Shown: positions 1 through 13,019 of the stretch, in pieces
Numbering within the stretch: the stretch's first letter is position 1
Layout: each line of letters begins with the position of its first letter
DNA from: Octopus sinensis
Taxonomy: Eukaryota
Direction: 5' to 3'
Length of the DNA: 64,000 bases
NCBI RefSeq assembly: GCF_006345805.1
Contig: NW_021832226.1
Span: 610,426-674,425, forward strand
The notes under the pieces: generated by a model
What the model was told of the DNA's origin: nothing
The model's database searches: none
What the model saw: the letters and a program-made list of their open reading frames with translations, nothing else
Translations under genes and position numbers: made by a program

Positions 1-873
1 TTAAAGGATCAAATTTTTGGCCTGAATAACTGCAGCAAAAGAGCAAAGAAATTTTTTCCTTATTTATTTTAGAACCTGACGCTTTTTTATTTTTTTGTAC
101 GAATGATTTTTTTGGGGTCTTTTTTATAAAAAGACAAGTTTCATCAATGTTAAAGATATTATTTTTTCCAAATTGATGAATTTTTTCATGGAAAATTTTT
201 AAAAATGATTGAATTCCATCACGATTACATGAGTTTTTTTCGCCGCTAAGGATTTTGAATTTCAGTTCATGTCTTTTTTTAAAATTCATTAACCAACCAT
301 TCGATACTTTAAAGCTTGTAATGTTCAATTTACCCGCAATTTTCAAACCTTAAAACAATGTGAGAAAAAGTAAAATTACCAATTTTTTTGATAAGAGGAC
401 CGAAACTGGAATATTTTGGAGCCGTAATTGTTGAAAAACGTCGATAACTTTACTATCCAATGTTTTAAAAATATCGTCAGTTTTTGTTTCAGTCCGAAAA
501 TTTGGAATAATGTTCCCACAGGTTATTTGCGGCGTAATCGTTTTTTATTCAAGCAATTGTGCCAATGCTCGTTTCATATTTTTGAGAAAGTACTCTGTGT
601 GAATGACTTTTTAGTTGTCGAGCAATTTCAAACTTTTTCTCGTAACTGAGACCCATAATGATTTAGCGTGGAGTTTTTTTAATCCAAATTAATTAATTTT
701 TTTAATGACTAGAAATAAATAATAATAATAAATTTTGTTCCAAATCGATGTTTTCATTTAAAAGGAATTATTTATTCTAGGCAGAGATCCTACAAAGTGT
801 TCCAAAAACTGAGGTTGTTCCAAAAACTGAGGTGTTCCAGCCCCGAGGTCTGTTCCAAATCGAGGTCGGACTG
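1..873 (-). mobile_element. pogo/Tigger-type DNA transposon, family A, copy 1 (runs off the window start)
   Basis: Ends ...TGTTCCAAATCGAGGTCGGACTG|TA, the inverse of TA|CAGTCCGACCTTGAATTGGAACA at 33803. Nearly identical to 34678-35448. Transposase ATG at 656 on the minus strand. Repeated subterminal TGTTCCAAA..GAGG motifs. Confidence 0.9.
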
Positions 874-904
874 TAATATTTTACGTTTAAAATAAATACG
901 ACAC

Positions 905-1272
905 GGAGACTAGGACCGCTTTAATTAAGACACGGATGTCATCATTCTTAGATTTTCGGTCGAGAGCCCGACCTCTTTAAGAACGCGATTACAAAGTTAA
1001 AAAAGGAAGTTGATGCGTCTGTCCTAATCTAGTCATCTCGCTATTGTCCAGGTGATCCCATCATTCTCGTCTGCAATAAGGTCGATTTGAAGACTTTCAC
1101 ATCTGTTTCTTTTGAGGGAGGCAACAGGGCATTCTCGATTATACCACCCCGGGATTACTCCGAGTGTTCTGCTTGTACGTTTGTGGGGATTAAGAAAGTC
1201 TTTGAGGAGGCAGTGCGTATTGAAATATCCGAGAAGCAGAATAAACTTTGTTTTATTCTTCGAACTGCTTAA
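905..1272 (+). pseudogene. Rho-family GTPase pseudogene, 5'-truncated
   Basis: Pieced translation RLGPL*..DTDVIILRFSVESPTSL/NAITKLKKE[24-nt intron]SSRYCPGDPIILVCNKVDLK...YSECSACTFVGIKKVFEEAVR...KLCFIL follows the Rho pattern RLRPLSYPDTDVIL..PIILVGNKxDLR..YxECSA..CxIL. It has an in-frame stop, frameshifts and no P-loop; the pogo end lies just upstream. Confidence 0.75.
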
Positions 1273-1537
1273 TTCATTTACTTCCTGCATATTATTGAAT
1301 CTTAATGATTATGCCTATTACACAATGTTAATTAATGTCAGTACTTTACTCTGAACCCTAATCTCATTCTGATAAGCATGCCAAACTTAACTCGGTCTTT
1401 ATAAAGCAGGAGAAAAGCTCTTTACGGACAATAAGTATTAAATTATTTTAATAAAAGATTAATTAAAAGAATTAATAAATAAATAGTAAATTAAAACAAT
1501 AAAACATATTAATAAAATACATTTATTTGAGGTCGGA

Positions 1538-2891
1538 ATGTCCGATATTGTGGATTACTCAGAAGAGAATGGAATTGATGTATTGTCACATCTAATACAT
1601 AGATCGAGTCTTTTCCAGTAGAGACAAGCATAGTGAGCTACCACAAAGTGGGAGAAGGGATGAATTCCTATGTACTTTTTGTCATAACTTCCAAAGTAAT
1701 TATTCGTAATTAAAAAACAGTTCGACCTACCAGAACTGAGTGGGGAAATCACAGTAGAACGTAGATTCAGTGACTTTATTGGTCTCTACGAACGACTCCA
1801 CGAAAAGGTTTCCCACTACGGATTTTTTTTGCCTTTGCCCCCAGAGAAAGACGCCACAAGTTTCAATCCTATTTTTACTCGGCAGGCAGTCAGAAAATGG
1901 AGAATATTTCATTTCTGGCCAAGAGAAGGGCTTCTCTTGAACAGTGAGGGGTGTTGTGATAAATAGATTTCTTAAATTGCTGTGTTCGCATCATTTTCTG
2001 CACAAGGACTCCCTTGTCATTGAATTTCTCAGCAGAAAGGATCCCCTTCCGAAGACTCCCAAAGCAGTCTCTGGGACAGGGCTCCTCAAGTTTGTAGGGA
2101 GAATGGCCTCGGCAGTGGAGCTCAAGAGATTTAAGGAACCAGAACCCGACCAAGTACTCTGCTTTGTAACATTCCCAGTGGTTTATTGACACTCTCAATC
2201 GAATTAACGCAGTAGAGACTGACCTTAAAGGTCTCTATGGACATATTCATCATCTTTCTACATATCGGAAGGGTTAGTCCTTTTGCCTAGTCTCAGAAAT
2301 TTCTTCTTCCCTCGAATCAGCTGCCTCTGCGATATCTCTGTTGAGTAATATGGACGAATCATACGTACTCTCTCGTGCCTTTTCCTCCCTGTCGGACACT
2401 GAGCATCAGTTAAGTCGAGTTTATGAAGACCAGTTTATGACTGACCTATATTTTGCCGAGTCGTACAATACCTATATCTCTCTTATCGAAGCCATCAAGG
2501 CATTTCTTTTGTCTAATCCTCAGAAATCTTTTAATCAGAGGACTCACTTGTTCAAGGCATTAACTACTGCCAATGCTAATTTGGTTAAAAAGACGGATCA
2601 GCTGAGCAAGGCAGAGACTCTCAATAGACTGGACAAACTGGAAAGAGCCAAAGACGAGTTGGAAGAGGTAACCTAGAGTGTTCATTGCAGGCTAAAACAG
2701 CTAAAAACATAGCTCAGCGTGACTTTGATTCAATATCGAATAACATTAAAAAGGAAATGGCCATATTTGATAAAAAAAATGATGGGTACTTTCGTGGTTC
2801 AATGGTCGAATATTTACGCTCTCTTCTCTCCAACCAGACCAAAATTACTTCTATTTGGGAGGGGTTCCAGGATGTTATTGATGAACTTTAA
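1538..2891 (+). CDS. SNX1: Sorting nexin 1/2 (Vps5-like PX-BAR), about 8 introns of 23-26 nt
   Basis: Spliced protein has PX motifs HKVGEGMNSYVLF, VERRFSDFIGLYERL, LPLPPEK and FLAKRRASLE, then a BAR region ending WEGFQDVIDEL*. Confidence 0.85.
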
Positions 2892-3266
2892 TTAACACAT
2901 ACATTACTAATCAGATTTTTCTTTATTACTTGATGTTTCGTTTATTACGTAGACATTTCTCTTATTTCTTTCAGTCCCGTTTTACAAATATTTAGATAAA
3001 AATTCATAGTCTAGCCTCTTTTGAGCACCGAAAAATGCTTAGTTTTATTTTGTTTGTACTCAGAAAATCATTATTTTTTAATTTACCTTTGCAAAATCTT
3101 GATCTTTGTATATAATCTTGAAATGTGTATATTTGTGAGTCATTCCTTAATTTCTTCATCTTTGACAGAATAGAAATGACCATTTTTTGTGACGGTATGT
3201 TTTCGCAGATATTCCTTCATGTAATGGAAACTTTCTGTTATTTGAATCGAAGTCGTTTCTTAATAC

Positions 3267-3325
3267 AGTCAGACCTCGGTTTGAGCCAATTCGTGGCTCA
3301 TAAACCGAGGTTCACTAATATTTTT
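3267..3325. mobile_element. Orphan pogo-like terminal inverted repeat
   Basis: TA|CAGTCAGACCTCGGTTTGAG resembles the family A TIR. ACCTCGGTTT...AAACCGAGGT forms a hairpin. I found no partner end. Confidence 0.55.
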
Positions 3326-3329
3326 GAAA

Positions 3330-5075
3330 CTAATTAACTAATTAATTACCTAACTAAGTCAAGAGCCTTAGAAATGAACAGAGGATGGCACTCCACGCAC
3401 CACCTACCATTCTTCATCCTTTTTTCTGGCTTGTAGACCTTCGAAAAAGTGCAATCCAAATTTCATCACACGGAATGACATGGACTTTGCACTGATGCAT
3501 CACCCCTAGCTCGTTTGCTAGGAGGTCATAGTTTCTTCTTTTCTCCACTTTTACTGTCTGCGAACAATCTAAGCACTTGATGCCCATTTCCACGATAACG
3601 ATCTCCCCGGGAACCTTATCATGAACCAAAATTTCGTCTCAAGCCATACTTATTGCAGAACAGAAGATGGAGGTATCTCACCACCTCGTTATGCCTCCAT
3701 ATGCAATCATGGTAAAGCGTATTCCTGCACTTCGTGGCTAACTGGTCAACGGTCATCGCCTTACTTTTACAGTGGTTACACTGTTTCCGTTAACTATTAA
3801 AAACGTTTCTATCTTGCAAATATGAGAATAACCCTTCAGATCTGGAAAAGTTATTCATATATTTCAGCCACGTTGATGACTACTATACGTCAATGTGCGA
3901 GTTGTCCAGGCTGCTAAAGAGAGTCTTCTGAAGGACTTTTAAGTTTATTTTTTTATTAGAATCTCCCTCTGAAGTTTGATAAACTTCTTCACATTAACTT
4001 GGGTAGCACCCAGATTATACTTAGCTGACAGGGGTGTGTACCACGCGCTTTTTCAACAGCTAAAATGGGAGCCTTCTTTAGGGATACACTCGACCCACTC
4101 CTCAAGGCGTCGTGCATCCTAGTAAGAATGTACGACGTTACTCAGTCCACGTCCTGGTTACCGCGAGACAAGTTTAATCTCTCCTTATTGCTTGCCAACA
4201 CGTGGACGTGATTCTCTCGTAGTACTCTTCGGACAATAAAGTCCATATCATCGCACTCACTCGAGTAGAATTTGATCAGGCCAACGTAGTAATTTAGCTA
4301 TGAGATCGCGTACTCGTTCAAAACATGAAATAAGTTTCATGCATAGAAGCGAGTACATTGCTTTACATTGCTTCCATACTACGAACACCTTTCATTACAA
4401 ACTTTCATTTTTGGTGTGATTAATGAGGCCGGGCTCTCAACCACGCAAAGATATTTATATTTTTGGTGCTCTTCCAAGATTTTGACTAGGTCACCACACA
4501 CAAGGGTGTTAGTTGCCGACTCGTTGTACTTCAGACCCACGACCTTTATAAAACCTTTCAAGGCGTTGTCCATCGAGTGGAGGATCTCTGAAGACCGAGC
4601 GAACAGTTTAATGTCGTCTATGAACATGAGATGGTTGGTCCTAAAACACCCTCTTTCATGTTCGATCGACATTTGTTCGAATCGGACAGTGAGGACTCTA
4701 CTCAGCGGTCTAGGCAGAGGACAAACAGCAGCAGGGACATATTCGCTCTGTAGTATTCCCCTCTCTAGCTTAACCTCGCCTATATTGCATTTGTTGTAGT
4801 GTAGAAGTACGTTCCACTCGTCAAAATTTGTTCGAATCGGACAGTGAGGACTCTATTCAGTGGTCTAAGCAGAGGACAAACAGCGGCAGGGACATATTGC
4901 CTATATTGCATTTGTTGTAGTGTAGAAGCACGTTTCACTTGTCCATCACAGTTGCAACAAATTCAATAAACCACGAAGGCAACTTGAGACTTCTAAGACA
5001 CTCAACAAGGTAGGCATGGTCAACCGAGTCATATATGCCTTTTCCATGTCTACCCACATCGGCACTAATGAGTTT
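3330..5075 (-). mobile_element. Degenerate R4/Dong-like RLE non-LTR retrotransposon (RT to 3' end)
   Basis: Motifs TNHLMFIDDIKLF, KYKYL, a CCHC remnant, IVIVEMGI and NYDLLANELG. Internal tandem duplication at about 4670-4940. Many stops. Confidence 0.8.
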
Positions 5076-5392
5076 TGGAAGGAATAAAACAGTCTAGGAA
5101 GTTGAAGACCCACTCTGTTCAGTCAACTGTCTTTAATGAAAACTCCTTAAAAGTCCAATATTCAACACGTGCTCATGTTCAGATTAAAAAAACACTGGAG
5201 AGGACACGTCTGGAATACAAAATCTTAGCTACGGAGGCGAATTATGCAATCAATGAACGACTAAGTGGAAAAAGCAGCCACCAAGAGACATCAGAGGAAC
5301 CTGTCGAGAATATAGACGGTGTATCCCTGTCCACGAATCTGGCAAAAGGAAACGGATCGGAAGCAAAGAGGAGGAAACTGTAACCAAAATTA
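5076..5392 (+). mobile_element. R4-like 3' fragment in opposite orientation
   Basis: GIKQSRKLKTHSVQS matches GIRKTKRLKSHTVQS of the element at 37727-40870. Confidence 0.55.
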
Positions 5393-5400
5393 TCATAAGA

Positions 5401-8400
5401 ATAGAATAGAATAGTATTTATTGACCGAAAAGAAAAACAAGGAAGAAATCATTAACGGGGAGATAAAAACAAGGCACCGAAGTGTCTCTTTCCATGCGTA
5501 TCCCCAATTGTAGTCATAGTTGACAACAATTCTCCAAGACCATCCGGATCGTGGGCACAGAGGATTCTTGTGAGTCTTTTAACCTTCCGTCAAGTTGTAC
5601 TCCGTAAGCCAGTTTCATAGTGAAACGTCTTGTCTTTTCCAAACTGTTCGATCAGATAGTCACTCTCCTCCGTACCGTACCAGCCCTCGTAGCCATATGT
5701 GAGGACTGGCTGCACACACGTTTTGTATACGTAGATGTACGTTTCCGGATTCAGATGGAACCTGGTTAAGCTTTTGAGGATCCTCACACTCCTCTTTCTC
5801 TGATTTGCTATATGATCTGCGTACGAGCCACGACAGTTGATGGTTGTTGCTCCCAGGTAATAAAGATTTTTGCTTTTCGAGAGATCCATCACATAACTAC
5901 TCATCGCATATGCACACGACTCCACATAGCGACTCCCTCTCCGCAACCATGAAATAATGCTCTTCTCCGGTGCTAGGGTCAAACCCTTCTCTATAGTCCA
6001 CATCTTTAGCGTTGCAATGTATGATTTAAGTCGTCTCCAAGACTGCGATATCCTTTTCGAGGTATCCATGACCAGGATATCGTCAGCATAGATGACGAGC
6101 TTGCCAGTACGTGTCGACGGCAGAGGAATGTCCGACAAGAAGAGGTTGAACAGAAGTGGACTCAAGATAGATCCCTGCGGGACTCCCCTTCTAAGTTCCA
6201 CACACCCCGATAGGCGGTTTCCACAGCGGACAAATGATTGTCTTCCTGACAAGAAGCTTTCCAGCCATCGATAGGTCTTTATCCCGGCTCCGGTGTCATG
6301 GACTCTGGAGAGTAGGCCCAGGTGCCACACGCTATCGAAGGCTTTGGCCAGGTCTAGACACACCACAGTTAGCCATGCTTTATTTCTGTCAGCACGGGAT
6401 AATTGGTGCTCTAACTCCCTGAGGCAGTCCCCTGTGGATCTTCCTTCACAAAATCCCCATTGTTCGGGTAAAAGCAAATTTTGTGATTCTATATGACCAG
6501 AGAGTCTGTTAAAGACAATCTTTTCCATTGTCTTAGAGAAAACACAAATGAGGCTAATTGGCCGGTAGTTCTGTGCCAGCAGTGTCGATTTACCAGATTT
6601 TGGAATCATTCGAACAATCGTATGCTTCCACGCCGATGGAAGGTGTCCGAACGTCCAGCTGGCGTGAAACAACATAGTCAGTGCTCGTATCAAGATTTCA
6701 GGGGCCTTCTTTAACAACTTCTGAGGGATGTAGTCGAAGCCAGGCGCCTTGTTCTTCAACCCAGCAATTGCCCTTTCAACCTCTTCCTGTGTTATCGCCC
6801 CACATAATGGTCCCTCCGATAATTGCGAAGAGCCAAGCTTCTTCACAATTCGGTCATAAGTCCCTCGTGGAACGGTAGATTCGACCTCTTGAACCTGACT
6901 GAGTTGGTTCCTGAGTACTTCCGGGATACGATCAGAGGAGATATATTTCCCGTCTGGTTCTTTTAGTGAAATTTCAAATCCTTTGGCATCATTTCTGGTA
7001 AGGCGTTGATATGCTTTCCAGAAATTAGGGTTTCGCTTATCCAGTTTTCTGCATTCAGACCTCCATTTACTTTCGACCTCAGTCTTGGCCATTTTTGCAA
7101 TAGTAGATTTTATCTTGTCGATCTCCAATTTCAGGCGGCATTTGATTGACTCAACCCGGCATCTTTTCCTGCGATTTTCCAGAGTACCTTTCGTTCTGAT
7201 CAGAGTGACAAGTTTCGAATTCATCCGCTTTTGCGTTCCTTTGGGTTTCCATACATTTTTTAATGCATGAACATCCAGGAATTTTATGATTGACGATCTA
7301 AGGTGATCATCGAGATTGTCAATATCATCTCTGCCTCTCAGAGGATGGAACACAACATTTCGAAGAGAATCCCGCATATATGATTCGAATAAACTCCAGT
7401 TCATATTCACGAGGTTGTAACCAATGAACAGGTCCTCCGCAACATTCATAGTCATCTTTATCAACATCGTTTGCGGCACGTGGTCAGAGCCAATGTCCGC
7501 TTCCAACCTCGGTATGTAACATAAAGGACTAATTGATGCCGAGCATAGAAAGAGACCCAAGCGATCAGCCATCCTCTGTCTGCATAATGATTCAGTTCTT
7601 TCGATGTAAATACCGAAAAACCCAAGCTACTGGCCAAGTCTTCAAGGACAGTCCCATCCATATTCGTAGTTTCACATCCATAACTCACATTTTTGGCATT
7701 AAGATCTCCTGCTAGGATTGACAGGCAATTTTCCTCAAAGAACGTCCCAATAACGTTTGAATAGCGCCTTAGCGACTTTGAGTAAATTCCCTCGACGGTT
7801 AGCCAGCCAGCAGTCGTGTGCAACTCGAGCACAATAAGTTCACAGAGTGACTCCTCCACAATTCTGATGTTTCTTACCTTAAGGTTCGCCCTGTAGTAGA
7901 CTGAGGTTCCTGTTCCCGCCACTGAGTTTATTTTCCATGGTATATTAATAGACTTATAGCCTTCGAATTCCACCCTCGTAGCTTCCTTCAGCTTAGACTC
8001 ATTGATAATCAATATGTGAGATTTCGCTGTGGCCAGCAGGAGCCTCAGCTCCGATGCCCGTCTCGCAAGCGAGCGGGCATTTGTGATCGTTATTACGATC
8101 AATCCTTCCGCCTTCGGCGACTGACCTCCCGTGGGAGCGCCGCCACCTTGGTTAAAAGAGACGTATCCATTGTATGCTTTCCAGCCATTTCGAAGGCTTG
8201 CTCCTCTATCAAGTCCGGAGATTCATTTGACTTTGGCTTCCTTCTGGTCGTTTTTGTTAAGGGGCCCGTTTTCACATTGCTCACTTTCTGTGGAACACAG
8301 ATCGGGTCTGTCTGCATGCCAAACTCGACAGTCATCGGCACTCCATTGTTCCCTGCATCGGGGAACTCAGCGTCCGTCTGTACACCAACATCAGAGACAT

Positions 8401-8540
8401 TCAGGACTGTCTGTTTCTTAGCAATTTTTCCTTCCATGAGTTTCTCATTCGAAACTTTCATGTAAGGTGCCTTCCTTTCGAGAAATTGATTATTTGGGAT
8501 GTCCTTAGGATCTCCCAAAGAGTTTTCCGTTTTAACTTTT
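5401..8540 (-). mobile_element. APE-RT non-LTR retrotransposon (Jockey/CR1 group), 5'-truncated
   Basis: ORF1 remnant 8099-8518; APE 7461-8102 (NARSL, INESKL, AGDLNAK); RT 5590-7572 (NYRPISL, LDLAKAFDSV, GVPQGSILSP, YADD). One frameshift near 7570. 3' AATAAA plus (CTATT)3 tail. Candidate 8-bp TSD TCATAAGA at 5393 and 8541. Confidence 0.9.
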
Positions 8541-9771
8541 TCATAAGATATTTTTTCACTTTGATTAATTTACTAGTGTGGATTTAATTAATAATTTTTA
8601 CCACGTTATAAAACAATTTAATGAGACTGTTGGTTCATTTATGAGTTTGTCATTTATAGTTTTTTTGTTCCGGCTGTTTAAACCGAAAAGAAATTCTTTT
8701 GGAAATGCATCGGGAGTATGGGAAACAACTAAACTTGACAATGTAAAAAAATAATTTATTAATATGACAGAATGTCTGTAACGAGTTCGGTTGATATAGA
8801 TTATGATTCACTTGATGAGGTCACTCACATCATATACTTGATTGATTTATCCACTTTTCATAACTTGGACGAGGCCGTTACACACTATAATCGATTGAGG
8901 GAAGAACAAATATTGATAGATACAGCTTTTATTGCTCTTAACTGTACACGAACAATAAAAATATATTTGCAGACAATTTAGAGGAAACAGATACAAATAC
9001 TACTTTCCTGGAAAATTTCTCAAATTTGTACAAAGTTCCACTTCTTTTTGCAAATGCCAATGTATGTCCTTTTTCCATTTTTAGGATCATTTCGCCATTC
9101 AAAGATTGGTTTTCCGTCTTGCAGTGTTTGTCCAGAGTTCTCATTATCTTGACTTGATTTAATTATTCATTAAATTAGAAATCACTGAAACTTTTCTATT
9201 TGTTTTTTTTCTTTCTATTGTCAATAGCAACTTTTTTTAATTAACGTTTTCTAGGAGAAACTTTTCTTTATATTAATACAATAATTTTTTAGAGAACAGA
9301 GTTTTGCTACTACGTCACATAATAAAGTGTCCATATCACAATTCCGTAGTCTTTGAGAACGATTTATATCGTTGTAAGTAAAAAAGAGAATCTTGGTTTT
9401 CAAATTTAATTTCTGGACACAACTAAATTAAGCCGGAAAATTATAAGAAAGTCTTCGGAACAACGCATACTCACATATAAAGTCTTTTTGGGTATAGTTT
9501 GGAAAACTTTCCTAGTTATAGCCGTCATTTTATTTTTTATATCTATAAAAGAATATGTATTTTTTAATGTAAAGCGTTGGTCAGGTTTTTTTGGAGATTC
9601 AAAGTAAAGCTTATGACCAATGGTAAGCATTTTAAAGCCATTTGTCAATTGTTGATATTTATTTCTCGGATGAATAAAAATTCCTTGTTAAAAACAAGAA
9701 TTTAATTTTCGATTATCAAGAAAGTTTGGAGGCAAAGAAATCTAACTTATCTTCAGATTTTTTTAATAGTC

Positions 9772-10210
9772 AGAATTTTTCTAATAAACAGTCGTTAATT
9801 CTTTGATTGAGAGGACGAGCGAATAGACAGGCAGTTTCCGCGAAATGCGCTGAAAAAGCCAGCTAGACTCACGTCTATCGTGACTCTTCCTCAAGATCAT
9901 CAAACCAATCTCCGAAAGGGACTCCAGGGCTTTTGGGCCGATTATCCCACTCGTCTCGAAAACTAGGGGGACGAAAAGGCAGGTGTTCTCCAATGAGGCG
10001 TACTTTGCGAGTTTTTTCGTTTCGGCATGTGCGGAGGCTGAGCCAGGGCGGGAGGCAGAGTCGATGAGAGATGACGAGGAAAACGAGTCGACACAGGTGA
10101 CGTCCCATCGAGAGTGAGTCCCCCCTTGAACGGGAATAGCGTAGACCCAGCGGGACGTTTTCCGTCACCACGGTCTAACCCAACCGGCTCCAGGACCGAA
10201 GGGAATCCAT
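9772..10210 (-). mobile_element. CRE-like retrotransposon 3' fragment
   Basis: Motifs GKRPAG..PF.RG...WDVTC, FVPLVFETSGIIGP and RESSWLFQRIS. Confidence 0.8.
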
Positions 10211-10598
10211 CTCCAGATTGAATAAAAAAGTATCAGAGCTGAGAAATTGATCGAAAGAAAGCATAATTTTATGATATGCAGATCAGTTATTTTTAAACTT
10301 GTACTAGAACCTCCCTAGATTGTCTAAAAGACGACCCTAAACTAGCACGCGTGAATTTGGGCTTTGGTTTTCGTTACAATATACTCAACATGAGTTAAAA
10401 AAAGATTGGTCAAACATAACATTAAAGATCTTTGGGAATTTGACAACGGATAAATGTTCGAAGACGTCATGATGTTAAAACTACCAATTCGGTAAGACAA
10501 TCAGTCTTATCAAATAGCTCCAAAATGGATTCGCACACAAAATTATAATTAATTTAATTAATTAAAATAATTTAATAATATTTTTATATGATTTCGCA

Positions 10599-11001
10599 AT
10601 GATATCTGGTACTCATTCTGGTCAATAATATAGACACAGCCAACGACAAAAATCATTCATCCAATTTGCGCTTCAGAGTAGGAACGGTAAGCAAGATAAT
10701 AAAAGCCGACCCTGAAGTTTCCATGTTGTCCTCAGATGCAGTAGCTGTCGTGGCCAAATCTGCAGTATTATGCCTTAATACCTTAAGGAACTATTTGTTT
10801 CTGATCTTGTAAGAGAAACCGCATTTTATATGGGCATGGAAAAGAAGAAAGTAATGCGAATAAAGGATTTGTGTATTTTGTATTTCTCAATGTATTCAGG
10901 TCATCTTATTTCAACAGACTCTCGTTTTGAGTTTCTTGAAGGCTTGTGAATTTTTTGGAATTATTGCCTTAGGGATCGTCGGGGAAGACGAATCCTCGTA
11001 A
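10599..11001 (+). CDS. POLE4: DNA polymerase epsilon subunit 4 (histone fold), 4 introns
   Basis: Spliced VSKIIKADPEVSMLSSDAVAVVAKSA|ELFVSDLV...KKKVMRIKDL...FEFLEG follows the POLE4/Dpb3 pattern; CHRAC1 is the alternative. The last intron is GC-AG. Confidence 0.8.
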
Positions 11002-11302
11002 TAACTCATTGAGTCGAATTATTCCTCTCTAAGCTTCCGTTCTGTGTCACTTGGTTGCTTAATTACTTATTTATCACTTTCATTTGGGCAACTGGTTGTC
11101 ACATTTAATCCAGTCTGCCATTAGCGTAGCACAATTTCTGAAATATCACGAATTGGTGATAAGGGCTAATTTTTCTCAAAGTACATGTCTTAGCACTGTT
11201 ACATCGAACACATTACTTTTTCTGGTGGTCAAAGTCGTGAGATTAAAGACATTGGCGTTTGTCCGACTCTTATATAATTACAACGCGTAGCGATAATATT
11301 TG

Positions 11303-12196
11303 ATGACTGATAAATCTGTGAGTATATCTGTTTAAGCACCTAATCATTATCAACACGTTCAAAATAGGCCTCGTTTGATTTGACTAAATTTAACAACTCG
11401 GAGCTGCCCCACCAGTCCCAATTTGAATACGAACCACTGACTATCAACAACACTCAGTCCTATTTTGGACAACACGAAGTTTTGGGGAATTCTGCTTTCT
11501 ACATGGACTACAACAGACAATATCACCAAATTTTTAATTTCACTGATACTAAAACATATCAAAACGAGCCAGTAAGTTAATTCTTTTAATCCTAGAATAT
11601 GTTAAATATTCCCAATTATGAAGCATCCCGAGGATTCTTTTCACATTTCGGACCACAGGAAAACTACTCTTGGAATTCGATTTATGATTGCTCGCCAAAT
11701 ATTGCTACGACTATGAAGGGAAATGAGTTGTGGCTTAATCCTTATCAAAATTATCGTTCAAATTTGATTAAAATTAAACGCAGGCAATCATTACTACTTC
11801 CCTCAAAACCAGTCGACCTGCAGTTTATGTAAAAAGGAAAGAGTTCTCAATGGAAACGAAACTACGTGTATATACTGTCAAATATCTTTTCCGTGTCACA
11901 ACTCAGGAGAATATAATGTCAGTCTATATTCTGCACAAACAAAACGAAGACCTGGAAAAAAGTCAAATTCTGTGTGTTCTAACTGCGGGACTTCAAAAAC
12001 TAGTTTATGGAGACGATCCACTTCTGGCGAATGCGTGTGCAACGCGTGTGGGCTGTACAAAAAACTTCACAATGTCAAAAGATAATTTGTAAATTTGTAG
12101 ATAGATAGACCACTTGTCCTAAAGAAAGATACAATCCAAACGAGAAAACGTCGAAGCAAACAAGTCGCTTATAATCACCCTCAATCAACAAGTTAA
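11303..12196 (+). CDS. GATA4/5/6: GATA transcription factor, GATA4/5/6-like, 4 introns
   Basis: C-finger [33 protein letters not shown]|[18 protein letters not shown]; the TRKR tail is typical of GATA456. Start inferred via a 50-nt GTGAGT intron. Confidence 0.85.
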
Positions 12197-12472
12197 TATT
12201 TTAGTAATATTTCCTCAGCTCCCATTCCACAGAAATTCCGTGACTGGATTGGTGTCAAAGAACATAATGAAGATTCTTGTTTGCCTCCATTTGTTAGAAA
12301 TAATTATAACTGAAATTTTTGATTTCAATATTTATTAAACTTAATGTTGTATTTTTAATGCCTTTTTTTTCTTATTTTTGAAAAAATACAGTACGTTTCA
12401 TTTTCAGTAAAATAGTCTAGTTTGCGAAAATATAGGCTTCATAGCAAATAAAACAATTTATACCATAAAGTT

Positions 12473-12940
12473 GACGGGATACAGTTGGCGCCTTTGGGCT
12501 ACATCCTCTGTCTTGTCGAATGAGTGCCGGCCGATTTCCTCGGCACACTGAACTTAACAATCTAATTCACAAAGCTTTCGCTTTTGAATCCGGAAAGCAG
12601 CTTGTTTAGGACGTTACCTATGCCGACTCTTTCGCCAAGGGAGCCTTGAATTCCACGGCTTGTCGATCCGGTTCGTCGGCCGAGAAGGCGGAATTCACGA
12701 AACTGACAAAATACGAGAATTTGCGCGATTGATTTTGCTTTTGGGCAATTACCGTCGAGACTTCCTGTGTTTTTGGGGCCAAGACGCTTGCTCATCTTAA
12801 GAAACTTGGCCGTCTGTGCACCCATCGCTCCAGAGATCCCAGAAAATTTATATTCCTCATTCAGAGAATTTCGCTAATTGTTTTACGCGGGAATTGTCTC
12901 TCAATCCTGCGAGCCGGTACCTAATAGCTAGATTTTTTTG
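12473..12940 (+). mobile_element. CRE-like 3' fragment with internal deletion
   Basis: GLHPLSCRMSAGRFPRH..LN is joined directly to GKQLV*DVT; then KLTKYENL and QRISLIVLRGNC. Confidence 0.75.
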
Positions 12941-13019
12941 TTAATTGCATTGTAACTATTGCTTAAAAAATTATATAGAAAAAATTTATACCATTAGTCG
13001 GTGTGTCTTCTTGAAAAAT

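Noticed and set aside
7461-7572. Programmed frameshift between APE and RT
   Set aside because: The break lies inside the APE domain and the 3' end is also disrupted; mutation or sequencing error is simpler.
8560-9770. Short ORFs at 8772-9648
   Set aside because: No recognisable domain, termini or splice pattern.
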